A stretch of DNA of 64,000 nt from the human T2T-CHM13v2.0 reference genome, Homo sapiens: the NCBI RefSeq assembly GCF_009914755.1, contig NC_060930.1; one strand, given 5' to 3'. The position numbers and the translations under genes were made by a program. Below are positions 1 through 20,024 of the stretch, in pieces (positions within the stretch are counted from its first letter, which is position 1; each line of letters opens with the position of its first letter). The notes below the pieces were generated by a model. That model ran no database searches. It was not told where the DNA came from and worked only from the letters and a program-made list of their open reading frames with translations.

Positions 1-540
1 GGCACTCATGCTTTTAGACAATAATAGAGCTCAGGTTCCTAAAGTGAGAAGATCAGTGTTTATGACAGTTGCTTTGTCCTCTGTATTTTCATCAAGATCC
101 AGCCCCCACCCATTAACACAGAATCTACAAAAGAATTAAACTAAAACATTTTAAATTCCCAATGAGATACGTGCTCATCTTCCAAGTATTCATTCCCTCT
201 TCCCTAGAACATGAGCCTTAATGCCTGTATAGTAAAAGAGCCCAAACTGTTTAACTGTCCAGGTAGTAATAATAGTAACTTGTATTCTTATAGTGCAAGG
301 AAACAAGAGAGAAGATGATAAAATGCAAATTTCCTAATTAGATTCAAAAGTCCATGATAAATTTTTTCTTCCCTCCTGCAAAGACAACAGACATCTGGAT
401 TTTATAGTATATTTATTCCATCATTCATTCTCTTATTTATTCACTTATCTTTGTGTCTTTTAACTGGAAACCATTAGACAGTCTATACAATGGTTTTAGA
501 AAGTGATTTGCATACTACTAATGTCAAAATACCTATAGTT

Positions 541-1027
541 TAAAAAGACACATGCACATGTATGTTCATCACAGCATTATTCATAATAGCAAAGACATGG
601 AATCAATCTAGATGCCCATCAATGGTGGACTAGCTAAAGAAAAAGTGGCACATATATACCATGGAATACTACGCAGCCATAACAAAGAATTAAATGACCT
701 TTGCAGCAACATAGACACAGCTGGAGGCCATTATCCTAAGTGAACTAATGATGCAGGAACAAATAACCAAATACCACATGTTCTCACTTATAAATGGGGG
801 GTAAACATTGAGTGCAAAGAGGGAAACAACAAACATTGGGGCCTACTTGAAGGTGGAGTGGGGGAGGAGGGAGAAGTTCAAAAAACTACCTTTTGGGTAC
901 TGTGCTCACTATCTCGGTGACAAAATCATTTATACAACAAATCCTAGCAACATGAAATTTGCCCATGTAATAAACCTGCACATGTATCCCCTGAACCTAA
1001 AATAAAAGTTGAAAAAGAAAAAAAAAG
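541..1027 (+). mobile_element. L1 3' end fragment (old L1PA/L1PB class) with A tail
   Basis: Typical L1 ORF2-end/3'UTR text (AAAGACACATGCACATGTATGTTCATCACAGCA ... AACCTGCACATGTATCCCCTGAACCTAAAATAAAAG) followed by an A-rich tail. Confidence 0.85.
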
Positions 1028-1265
1028 GAAACATAACCCAATTAATTTGGCTTAAAAGAGTTACAATACCAAAGTAACTTTGACCTCCCTAGAAAATTCA
1101 GATGGAATAGTTTCTATCATATTAAATATCCACCAACTAATTTATAGTGTTTGTAAGATGCTATGCATTTATAAAAATCACAGAAACCTCTTTTGAACAC
1201 TGACTGTTCATTTATAACTTTTCATCATTTTTTTCAAAAGTCATTATTAAAGAAGTGTTTGTTTT

Positions 1266-1439
1266 CACACACACACACACACACACAAAGATTAATTACT
1301 GTATTCTATTAGTTACTGTATTCTATTCTGAGGACAGTTTGTCAAGATGCTACTTGTCCTGTGATGTGTAAATAACATATTTATGTTATAAATTGCTACT
1401 TGTCCTGGGATATGTAAATAACATATTTATGTTATAAAT
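1266..1439. repeat. (CA)n microsatellite followed by a 17-bp-period and a 46-bp-period tandem duplication
   Basis: (CA)11 at 1266-1287; TTACTGTATTCTATT at 1296-1310 and 1313-1327; a 46-mer at 1348-1393 is repeated at 1394-1439 with 2 mismatches. Confidence 0.9.
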
Positions 1440-2276
1440 TTGTGTCATTAAGAAGATAAATATGCACAGCTATAAGAAATATTAAGTTTATTTATATCCA
1501 TGAAAGAAAGTCAGGTCTCTTTTCTTGCAAAGAAAATTGCTAGAGAATAATTGTGCAATGAAGAATCCTATGTCTGGTGTGCCCAAGTACATTGTCAAAT
1601 AGTTCCGACATTCTTCATTGCACCAAAGAACCTTCCTACAGTATTCAACACCCAAATATCCTTGGTTCCATGTAGAAGCACACTTGGAACCAAGCTTTCC
1701 AACACTTAAGGGAATGTTTGCTGTGTAGAGTATCTTTTGAAGTGCTAGTCAGGACAAAACAGTAAAAAGCTTTAGCCATTAAGATGTCAACTGAGTGAAG
1801 TATCCTCACCTGAACTCCATACTGCAAGAACCATGCTGCCATGTTTAAAATTCTGACTCAGACAACTAACTGTACCCAATTCCAAAACACACTTCTTGCC
1901 TATACAAGTTTTTAAAAAGAGACTTCAAGGTAAGGGATAAAGCTTGCATCAAGGCTTAGAACATAGATGCATTTAATCAAGATCACACATGAGAGAAAGG
2001 GAATTGGAAAGCTCTAAAATCCTGTTGAATCTTATTGCATTAACTGTACAGCTTACACAGTTCAGGAAAGCCCATGTTCTCTTTCAAACAAAATATAAAT
2101 ACTGGATCTGGATTGCTGAGATTATAAAAGAGTCAATGACATCTTTTTCAGGGGTTATTATTTTAACCCTGACGCCATAGCTGCCTGAATAACTAGAATC
2201 TGTCTAAGATTCTTTCTTGCTAATTGAAAGAGATCTACTTTATTTTATTTGAAACATTATATATGTTGAGATTTTT

Positions 2277-2628
<352 letters not shown>

Positions 2629-3279
2629 CTACCAAAGTAAGTTTTCTGAATTATCTGCAATTATTAATGTGTATTAACTATGTAGTAATAACCACTAGCT
2701 CTATAATTAACTCTGCGCAATGTAAACCTTAATTTAGTTGGAATTACATTCGTTATTTCAAAGATAGTGAACTGCTGTGTGCTACAGATCATGTTCCATG
2801 TAATTTTTGAGTTCCAAAAGGTCTCAGATAGTCTAAGAGGTGCTAGGTGAATCTGTGTAATAAATAACACTTTTATAATATCCTAAAGCAGAGATTTTAA
2901 TAGCTATAGTTGGAAATCAATAAATATCTGTTGGATGAATGTATAACCCCTTTTTACAGAGAACATGTATAAGTGTTAACAGCCATTCATACAATCCAAT
3001 ATCATACCATGTTATGTCCCTGGAGTTCTACTTTGGAAACATTAATTGTTTTAAAATACATGGTGAGCCAGATTCGTCACCATTGCAAGACAGAATACCA
3101 GAAGTATTCTGCTAAACCTCCTAAAAACACACACACACAAACAAAAACAAATAAGCCTGCTGCCATAGAAATTAGATATTCCTTGATAGGATCAAACCAA
3201 AAAAAAGGTTAAAGAAGCTATGCTTACCAAATGGAATAGAACACTACCTAAAGTGTAAGATGCATATTCTATGGGAATA

Positions 3280-3746
3280 CAGATGCTCCTTGACTTAAGA
3301 TGGGAGTTACCTTCCGATGAACCCATTGTAAGCTGAAACTATCATAAGTTGAAAATGCACTTAATACACCTAATATGCCAAATAGCATAGTTTAGCCTAG
3401 TCTACCTTAAGTGTGCTCAGAACCCTGACATTAGCCTACAGTTGGGCAAAATTATCTAATGCAAAGCGGATTTTATAATAGAGTGTTAAATATCTCATGT
3501 AATTTATTGACTACAGTGCACTGTGTAGTATCTGTTGTTTACTGTTGTGATCGTGGCTGCCTGGGAGCTGCAGTTTGCTGCCACTGCCCAGTGTCAGAAG
3601 AGGGTATCCTACTGTGCATTGCTAGGCCAGGAAAAGATCAAAACTCGAAATTCAAAGTGTGGTTTCTACTGAATGTATATTGCTTTCACACCATTGTAAA
3701 ATTGAAAAATTGTTCAGTTAAACCATTGTAAATCGGGAGCCTTCTG
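3280..3746 (+). mobile_element. TcMar-Tigger DNA transposon (MER47/Tigger5-like)
   Basis: Starts TA|CAGATGCTCCTTGACTTAAGATGG and ends CCATTGTAAATCGGGAGCCTTCTG (degenerate TIRs); interior resembles the MER47 consensus as I recall it. Confidence 0.75.
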
Positions 3747-4169
3747 CATAGGAATTACAATAGCAAGCATCCAAGAGTTAGGGATTAGCAGAATCAAAAA
3801 ATAATCATCCAAATTGTACCAGATGGAAAGTCCATAAGCAAACATAGTTAGTTCCTAACACTTGAAAGTAACTTAATTTGGTTAATTATATTAATTTGCC
3901 TATCTGCAAACAAAACAAATATTTTTCTGTTTTCTAGATCCCTTGTTTGCAACTGGTTCAAATAAATAGACAACTCTTCATTCCGATGGTACTTCTTAGA
4001 GATAAACCACATGCATGTATCAGAGAAAACAACTCTCAGCCTGGTAAATGAACAGGAAAAACTTGGGTTAGAATTCTATTTCTTTCAAGGTAGAGAGCAA
4101 ATTTTCATAATCTCACATGGACATACAGACCAAGCCATGCATGGCACTATCTACATAATCAAGGCGGAG

Positions 4170-4530
4170 AACACAAAAACTTGGATATGAATGTTCACAG
4201 CAGCATTATTCATAATAGTCAAAAAATGGAAACAACCGAAATGCCCACCAACTGATGCATGAATAAACAAAATGCAGTGCATCCATTCAATGGAATATTA
4301 TTCAGCCATTAAAAAGGATAAATTACTGATACATGCTACAACATGTATGAACTTCAAAAACATATGCTAAGTGAAAGAAGCCAGCCATCAAGGACCACAA
4401 ATTGTATTATTCAATTTATATGAAATTCTAAAGTAGGCAAATCTGTAAAGACAAAATAGTTTAGTGGTTGTATAGGGCTGGGGTCAGGAGAGGAGAATAG
4501 GAGTGACTGCCAGTGAGCAAGAGGTTTCTG
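4170..4530 (+). mobile_element. L1M (L1MB-like) 3' fragment
   Basis: GAATGTTCACAGCAGCATTATTCATAATAG...ATGCTAAGTGAAAGAAGCCAG motifs of mammalian L1 3' ends. Confidence 0.7.
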
Positions 4531-5112
4531 GTGAAAACATGGAGAGGAGGCTTGAATAATTATCTGAGGTTAGATTTGTTATCTGGAGGCACCATTACCT
4601 ACTTAATTTCCTACACAACTCAAATTCACTAGAAAACTACTGTTGGCTGTACTTTTTTGATAATGTAATTCCTGTATTTCAAAACTGTTTTTAAGGGTTT
4701 TCTTAATCTCTCCCTTAAAAAACAAATACTGAGACAGTTACAAAGTAAAATACGCTTTTTAAAATTTTACTTTCAAAAGAAGATAATCAAAAGTGATACA
4801 ATCATCACAATTGGCATTAAATTATTGTTTTGATCTTAATATTTTATTCCCCATTCATTTGCTGTTCCTTTTTGTCTGTTCTAATGCTATAATAACTTAC
4901 CTCAGCTTTAACAAAATGAAACTTTGTTTTCATGCTTTATTAACCTGAAGCTAATAATTTTACCTTAGGTGTTATCAAAAAGTGACTTATTTTTAGGATG
5001 TTAATATCTCAAACAACAGTGTTATGCTCTGCCACCTACCAAACTCTGGAGTGAGAAAATCCAATCAGTTTAACCGACCTTGCACAATTAAACCATCAAA
5101 TACATTCCATAT

Positions 5113-5390
5113 GCGGGCTTGTTGGCTCGTGCCTGTAATCCCAGCACTTTGGGAGGTCGAGGCAGGTGGATCGCTTGAGCCCAGGACTTCAAGACCAGCC
5201 TAGGCAACATGGTGAAACCCTATCTTTTCTAAAAATACAAAAATTAGCCAACCGTGATAGTGTGCTCCTGGGAAGGCTAAGGTGGGAGAATCCTTGAGGC
5301 CAGGAGGTTGAGGCTGCAGTGAGCTGTGATTGCACCACTGCACTTTAGTCTGGGTGACAGAGCAAGACCCTGTCTCAAACAAACAAAAAA
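5113..5390 (+). mobile_element. AluJ element with small internal deletion
   Basis: Alu left and right arms with J-type diagnostics (GATCGCTTGAGCCCAGG, GAGGCTGCAGTGAGCTGTGAT). Confidence 0.9.
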
Positions 5391-5646
5391 TCTATAATGG
5401 AAAACTTAGAAATCTAATTGGATAATCCTAAGAAACTCCCTCCTGCTCCTAGTTCCTCCCTCAAGTTCTCTAAAAGGTTCAGGAAACAATTATAACACTG
5501 ACATCTAAATGTAATTTGTAAAGTATTTCTTATGTTCTCCCTGGTATTCTCCTTAAAATCATCCTAGCTTTCCCAGAACCTAGACAATATTGTCTTCTAG
5601 TTAAAATTTTCATATGCTGATGTTTTCTGCCATTTCTGTTTGGCAG

Positions 5647-6735
5647 AAAAGCAAACTGGAAAACTTGATAAACAAGAAAGACCTCAAGTAACAAAAATTA
5701 TATGTCATTCTTGGCTCAACTAACAGCTCCAAACCTCTGAAATGTGGTAGATCTTTTTCCAAAGGAAGATCTTACTAACTCTCAGTGTAAATCTGTACCT
5801 TAACTTTATCACTGTTTAAAACCCATCTCTAAATAACATAGGCCAAGATCTCCAAAATCGATAATGGGGAAACTGCTCAACAGCATTCCAGAAGTTCTTA
5901 ACCATAAGAGTGATGCTATAGTAGAAAGTAAACCGTGAGGCATCATGCATCTTGACTGAAAATTCCACCCCACACCCACTGAGCTAATCTGGAGCCGCCA
6001 TAGAAGACAGGGAAGTTGGAAGTAGAGACCTTTGCGTAGGCCATCACCCCTCGCCATCAATCAAAAGGAATTCTGTGAGCTTCTACTGAGAGCCTAGAGC
6101 TCTGGTCAGCAGCACAAAGACAGAGCCAGGCAGAAACAACTCCAGAGCCACACCTCCTCTGAAAGACAATTGTCAGGTGAGATTTTCAAATAAAACCACT
6201 GGGGATTATCCACTATCTCCCCAAGAAATTCAAATGTTTAGAAATATAAACACAACACATACTTTTTTTCAGTATTTTATAAAGTTCAACAGTTTTGATG
6301 ATAATCACATGTATGCCAAATGATTTGTAAAGTGTAAAATTTGAAAAAGATCAGATATTAAATAACAAATTGAATGAGAAAATACGACAACAATAAAAAA
6401 AAGTTTTATGAATGGACTACCAGTTTTTGCTTTTTTGAAAAGAAATATTACAATAAGGTTATTTGCTCAAATAAAACCTACCTGACACTCTTGCAAATGT
6501 TTAGGGAGGGAAAGTGTGTCTCCCTTTATATTTACTGTTTCTCTCTGAAGCCAATTTCATTTTTTTCAACATCCTGGCCATCTGCATTCATATAAAGTGG
6601 TTATTTTCATGGATAATTCACCTTATATATGAAATATAAAAGGTATCTGGAATAAATTCATTGCAAAATTGATGTTACCTGTTAAATCTTCCTAGTAGTT
6701 TGTTTTCACCAAAATAAAATGAGTGAGATTTACTG
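5647..6735 (+). ncRNA. Candidate terminal exon of a + strand lncRNA (possibly LINC01312)
   Basis: Branch-like GCTGAT plus pyrimidine tract plus CAG acceptor ending at 5646; AATAAA at 6651 and 6713 with a T-rich downstream tract. The name rests only on my recollection that LINC01312 ends about 35 kb upstream of TCF21. Confidence 0.3.
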
Positions 6736-6859
6736 CTTTCCTCTGATTTTTTTTCTACTTCAGTAACAGTTTTAGAAGCAAGTGAATAATTATCTTTTAC
6801 TTTAGATATCTTGAAATTTGCTTGAAGTCATTCTGGACCCCTTTACAAAAGCTACCTGC

Positions 6860-8110
6860 GGACCAATCCTGGGGCTCATATTAATTTTACAGACGTCGGG
6901 CACCCAGGGTTGCCCCGAGTAGGGGAGGGTGGAGTGCGCGATGCCACGTGTAAGTTAGCAATCATCGGCTCTATTAAAACGGTTCCATATCTTCCAGCCC
7001 CGCACTCATGATTCACAGTAATGCCTAGTGTTAGCACTCACTAATCGACAATTTGATGGGGAAGGTGAGGAGGAAAACGACCCTGGAAGCAGAGTGCTGG
7101 TTTCACACCCGCTGGGTATCTGTTACATGTGAATTTCCTCTGGCGCCAGCAGGTATTTTGAGCAGGCATCTAGAGGGATCCCAGAGGGGAAAGATGGGAG
7201 TGCGTAAGATGGAGCTGTAAGCCTGCGGATCAAAGCTTTAAATATCCCAGAGGAAATCGGTAACATCCGGATTGATTGGCCGAAGGGGTTTAAGTGGAAT
7301 GGGGAAGATAATTCGAATTTCTGAGGTTTAGAGGAGCAGGGGAAGAGGGTGGAAAGGTAGGGAGTAAACAAGATCTCAGAGGAGAGCCCACATTAGACAG
7401 GCGCACATTGAAGATGGGAGGCTTTACCCTCGCTTTTAGCCCTGGGAACCCCAGAGGGCAACTCCAGTCAGCAGATAGTGCCAGCGTGCAGGGGATGGGC
7501 TGCGACCGCTCCCAGTGACCCCACGAAACCCAGAGGGGAGGCTGAGGCTCTGAGGCCAGCCAGGGGAGCTGACGATCTCGCAGAAGCCGCGGCGAGTCTC
7601 CCCCGGAGGTCTAGGAGGCAGAGCCATTAAAGCCAGGCTGCCCGCTGAAACGCACAGTAAAAGTGACTGCGATTTATTTGGATTAGTCAGTATAAAGGTC
7701 TGGGGAGACAGCTATTTATTCGATACGGGACCTTGACAAATTGGGCAGTGCAAGAAAGGACAGTCCCTCTGACCTCAGGCGGTGCTGGGGCGGAAGGTAG
7801 GAACCTCCCACCTGCTCCTGGCCCCAGGGGGCGCGCATGCCCAGCGGGAGCGCATCTTCACCTGCGGACGTGAGGCTGCAGCGCTGCCGGCCCCAGCCAG
7901 CCAGGGTGCCCTCTCCCGGCTTGAGGGGTTCGTATTGCTGCCTCCAGGCCTCCAAGGGAGATTTCCGCTCACTCTCTGGCGGCACCTTCTCCCCAGCTTC
8001 TGGGACGGTCACCAAATCTGAGATCCTGCCCGGTTACCCTGCAGGTGACCCAGTACCCCCGAAGGGTCCACCTGGATAAAAGTCGTTTGGTCTGGCAGCA
8101 TCCGGGTCAT
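6860..8110. promoter_or_regulatory. CpG-rich island with no coding gene attached
   Basis: Sharp rise in GC and CpG in non-repeat DNA; E-box CACGTG near 6945, TATAAA at 7691-7696, NRF1-like GCGCATGCCC near 7832. Confidence 0.75.
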
Positions 8111-9539
8111 ATATCTGAGAGGTCGTTTAGAAGTCTTTTTTTTTTAAGCGCTGACAAGTGATTTGAACGTGAAATTTAATTCCACTTAATATGAAATGTA
8201 ACTAAAATATACTGGTTCTTAACAGCAGACAACCCTTGGTGTCTCAGCGACTCTGCAGTAGATCCGCTCCAAAACCCTGCAAGCCTTGCTCCTACAGCTC
8301 TAACGTGAAAAGAACAAACCACTGCCACATTCATTCGTTCTGTATTTCCGAACTTTATTTATTTCTGTTGTTAGTGTATTAGGTGCTACATTAAAATCCT
8401 TTAAAAACAGAGACATTTGTATTAAATATCTACGCACAAACATAAATAGGTAAATTTCTAACTGCTATGCAATCAAAAGGAATTATTTTTCCAGAAGTCT
8501 ATTACTTTTAATGTAATTTATTGCTGCCTCAGCTTTAAGGCCAATGCTGTCTTATCAGAATATGCAGGCTTAGATACCTAAAATACGTAGTTCTGAACAA
8601 GAACTCCCCGTTGATAACAAGTAAACCTAATCACTTTGCTTTCAGGATCTGAAACAGTACTTTTTGGACAATATCTAAAAAGCCGTGCATGAAGCAGTGA
8701 GGTTAATTTGTTTAATTGTTTGCTTTTATTTTGGTTAAAGACCTAAGACTGGGAGAATAAATTGAATAAAATTCTTTCTTATTCAGTAAAAGGAATCAGA
8801 TCCCTTGAGTTAGAAAGATGAAAGTTCAATGTGGCCAGAAGATGAGGGTTTTAGCCCTTTTGATGGAGACTATTTGAACCTGAAAATTTTGCGTGGCTAT
8901 CTATCTTGCTAAAAGTCACGGTGAGATAAAGTGTAATCTGGCTCTGATTTCTGCTGGAAAGAAAACATTGAAATGACTGCTCATTTATCACTGTGCCCAC
9001 CCTCCCCCTCCTCCACCTTGGTTTAATTGACAATGTAACACCGAGCTGTTTGTGTCTTCCCTTGACTGTTGGAAATGAAACCAATCCGGTTGAAAGGAGA
9101 GTTCTAAATTATCGGGTTTATTATGTAAAGAAATTATAAGAAAAAAAGTAGAGGAAGTAATTGTAAAAACTCTACTGTCTGCGTGAACACTGGAGAACCA
9201 TCTAAATTTTGTGTTAATTCATCAGGCTTTCCTTCTTGTATGGCTGCTTGGTGAATCTGCATATATAGGTTCCCTGACAAAAGCAGCTATTTAAGAGTTT
9301 AGTCAAGATACTATTTGTGGCTCTGTTGTTAAACTGATTGCAAGACTACCTACTTAATGATTATGGAAAGCAAAATGATCAGGCCAGATAGTTATTTTAG
9401 CCAAGTAGGCACAGTATTAATTTCTTCTAAATAGATGTCTAAATTCTCAAAAGAAAAAATAACCAATATGCATATATATTAAAATTCAATCTCCATTGTA
9501 ATCATTTATGTAATATTATAATAATAATAGGATTGTCTT

Positions 9540-10860
9540 TCAAGTGGTCTAATTGGTCAAAATTTCCTAATATATAACACCCAATATTGACAAGAATTCA
9601 ACGAAACAGCCACTCCCAGATACTGTTTGAGAATATGTAAATTAGAACAACCTAGGAATGTCCAAAAGTATTAGTAAAAGAGTTTAAAATGCATATACCC
9701 TTTAACTTTAGCAATTCTATTTCAGGGAATTTATTTGATAAAAAATAAGGATATACACAAAGATTTTACTTACAGAATATTCACAGTAATAAAAAACTAG
9801 GAATAAATATATACAACATAAAAAATTGTTTTGTCATCAATTATGTCATAGAAGAAAATTTTATGACATCCAAAGATATTTATGACGTTAGATGACAAAA
9901 TGGATTATCATAAAATATAATTCATCTTTTGTGAAAAAATAAAGTCATAAAAAAGATCTGAGAAGATATATAGAGAGGCGGTTTATCACAGGATAATGAT
10001 GTTCTACTTTTTTGTTCAAAAGTTTTACATGTATATAATTTTAAAATACAAAATGATTATACGATAGAAGTATTTTTCCTTTATCCATGTTGCAATTTAA
10101 GTTGTTGGCTTTTTTCTTATTGGTTTGAAAATTTCTTGATAGATTAAGGAAATGAGCTGTCTTTCTATCATATATTTCCAAATGTTTTTCTACTTGAAAT
10201 GTGTCTTTCTATTTTGTTTATTTTTACATGTATATGTAAAGACATTTATCAATCTATTCTTTCATGGTTTTTAGGTTTTACATTTGCTAAGAAAGCTCCC
10301 TCCTCTGCATACACACACACATGATAAAATTACACTTTATAAAACTTTTCTCACTTCTCTTCTAGTACTTTTATAGTCTTAATTTTTTACTTTTAAATCT
10401 TCAGTCCATTTAGAAATTATTTGGGTTCAAGCAGTGAAGTAAGGATACAGTTTATTTGTCCTAACACAATTTATGGAATATATTTTTCCATTGATCTAAA
10501 ATATCAGCTATCCCATAAATTAAATTTTTATTTATATTTGAGTTTCTAGGCTCTTCACATTGGTTGAATAATGTGTCTGTTTACTCAGGTGTCAACACAT
10601 AATTATTTAAATTAGTATATATATGTTAATTTATGACATCATTCCTCCCTCATTACTTTATTACTTATTCTTTTCTTTAATGTTTCTGGCAATATAAGAA
10701 CAAGTGTACCTAGCTTTAAAAAATGTACATATATTATGTTTGGGATTGCATTGGATTTATTAATTAGGGAGAATTGGTGTCTTCAAAATATTGAATCTTC
10801 TGACCCAAGAGCAACTATGGTTTTATGGCAGAAGTTTTTTTCCCCAAGTTATAAAAATGT
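9540..10860. mobile_element. Highly diverged L1M fragments (both orientations)
   Basis: Degenerate L1 ORF2/3' text (AGCAATTCTATTTCAGGGAATTTAT; TTGGGATTGCATTGGATTTAT). Confidence 0.5.
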
Positions 10861-10879
10861 TCCTCAGTGAGATTTAGAT

Positions 10880-11557
<678 letters not shown>

Positions 11558-11786
11558 TCAGTTATCCAGGTATACAGGTTTATGATCTGAAAACAATAAT
11601 AAATTGTCCTACGCAGTTTACTAATTCAATTTCTTCCTCTTGTTTACTTGCCTTGGCTAAGACTTCCAGAACCATAATAAATAATAGTAGAGATAATATA
11701 TCTTTTGTCTTTGACTTCAGTGAGACTGTGTCTAGTGCTTCATCATATGTTTTTGTGATATTATTAACATTTCTATTTAGTTATAA

Positions 11787-18785
<6,999 letters not shown>

Positions 18786-19532
18786 TCAGGGCCAGATACC
18801 CTAAACCATCTCTCTGAAGTTCAAAGTTCCACAGATGTCTAGGGCAGGGGTAAAATGTTGCCAGTCTCTTGGCTAAAGTATAATAAGAGTCAGCTTTGCT
18901 CCCATTCCCAACAAGTTCCTCATCTCCGTCTGAGGCCAACACAGCCTAGACTTCATTGTCCAGATCACTTTCAGCATTTTGGTCAAAGCCATTCAACAAG
19001 TCTCTAGGAAGTTCCAAATTTTCCCACATATTCCTGTCTACTTCTGGGTTCTCTAAACTGTTCCAACCTCTGCCTGTTACCCAGTTCCAAGGTCACTTCT
19101 ACATTTCCAGGTATCCTTATAGCAGCACTCCACTCTACCACAACCAGTTTTCTATATTAGTCCATTCTCACGCTGCTATGAAGAAATACCTGAGACTGGG
19201 TAATTTATAAAGGAAAGAGGTTTAATTGACTCACAGTTCCGTAGGGCTGAGGAGGCCTCAGAAAACTTATAATCATGGCAGAAGAGAAAGCAAATACATC
19301 CTTCTTTACATGGTGTCTGGAAGGAGAAGAATGAAAGAAGTGCACAGCAAAGGGGGAGAGCCCTCACAAAACCATCAGATCTTGTGAGAGCTCACTCACT
19401 ATCATGACAACAGCATGAGGGAACTGCTCCCATGATTCAGTCACCTCCCTTGAGGTCCCTCTCCCCACACATGGGGATTACAATTTGGATTACAATTCAA
19501 GATGAGATTTGGGTGGGGACACGGAGCCAGAC
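18786..19532 (-). mobile_element. THE1/MST MaLR: 5' LTR (about 19152-19532, last bases at 20030-20036) plus about 365 bp of internal sequence
   Basis: TATTAGTCCATTCTCACGCTGCTATGAAGAAATACCTGAGACTGGG...GATGAGATTTGGGTGGGGACAC LTR text; the adjacent sequence matches the start of THE1-int on the minus strand. Confidence 0.88.
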
Positions 19533-19916
19533 TGTGATGGTTAATACTGAGTGTCAACTTGATTGGATTGAAGGATACAAAGTATTGATCCTGGGTGTGT
19601 CTGTGAGGGTATTGCCAAAGGAGATTAACATTTGAATCAGTGGGCTGGGAAAGGCAGACCCACTGTTAATCAGGGTGGGCCCAATCTAATCAGATGCCAG
19701 CATGGCTAGAATATAAACAGGTAGAAAAATGTGAAAAGAGAGACTGGCCTAGCCTCCCAGCCTACATCTTTCTCCCATGCTGGGTGCTTCTTGCCCTTGA
19801 ACATCGGACTCCAAGTTCTTCAGTTTCGGAACCCAGACTGTCTCTCCTTGCTCCTCAGCCTGCAGACAACCTATTGTGGGACCTTGTGATCCTGTGAGTT
19901 AATACTTAATAAACTC

Positions 19917-19955
<39 letters not shown>

Positions 19956-20024
19956 TATATATACATATATACATATATTTATATTCCATCAGTTCTGTCC
20001 CTCTAGAGAACCCTGACTAATACA
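19533..20024 (+). mobile_element. MLT2A (HERV-L) solo LTR containing a (TA)n(CA)n tract
   Basis: TGTGATGGTTAATACTGAGTGTCAACTTGATTGGATTG ... CCCTGACTAATACA; 5-bp TSD CAGAC at 19528-19532 and 20025-20029. Confidence 0.92.
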
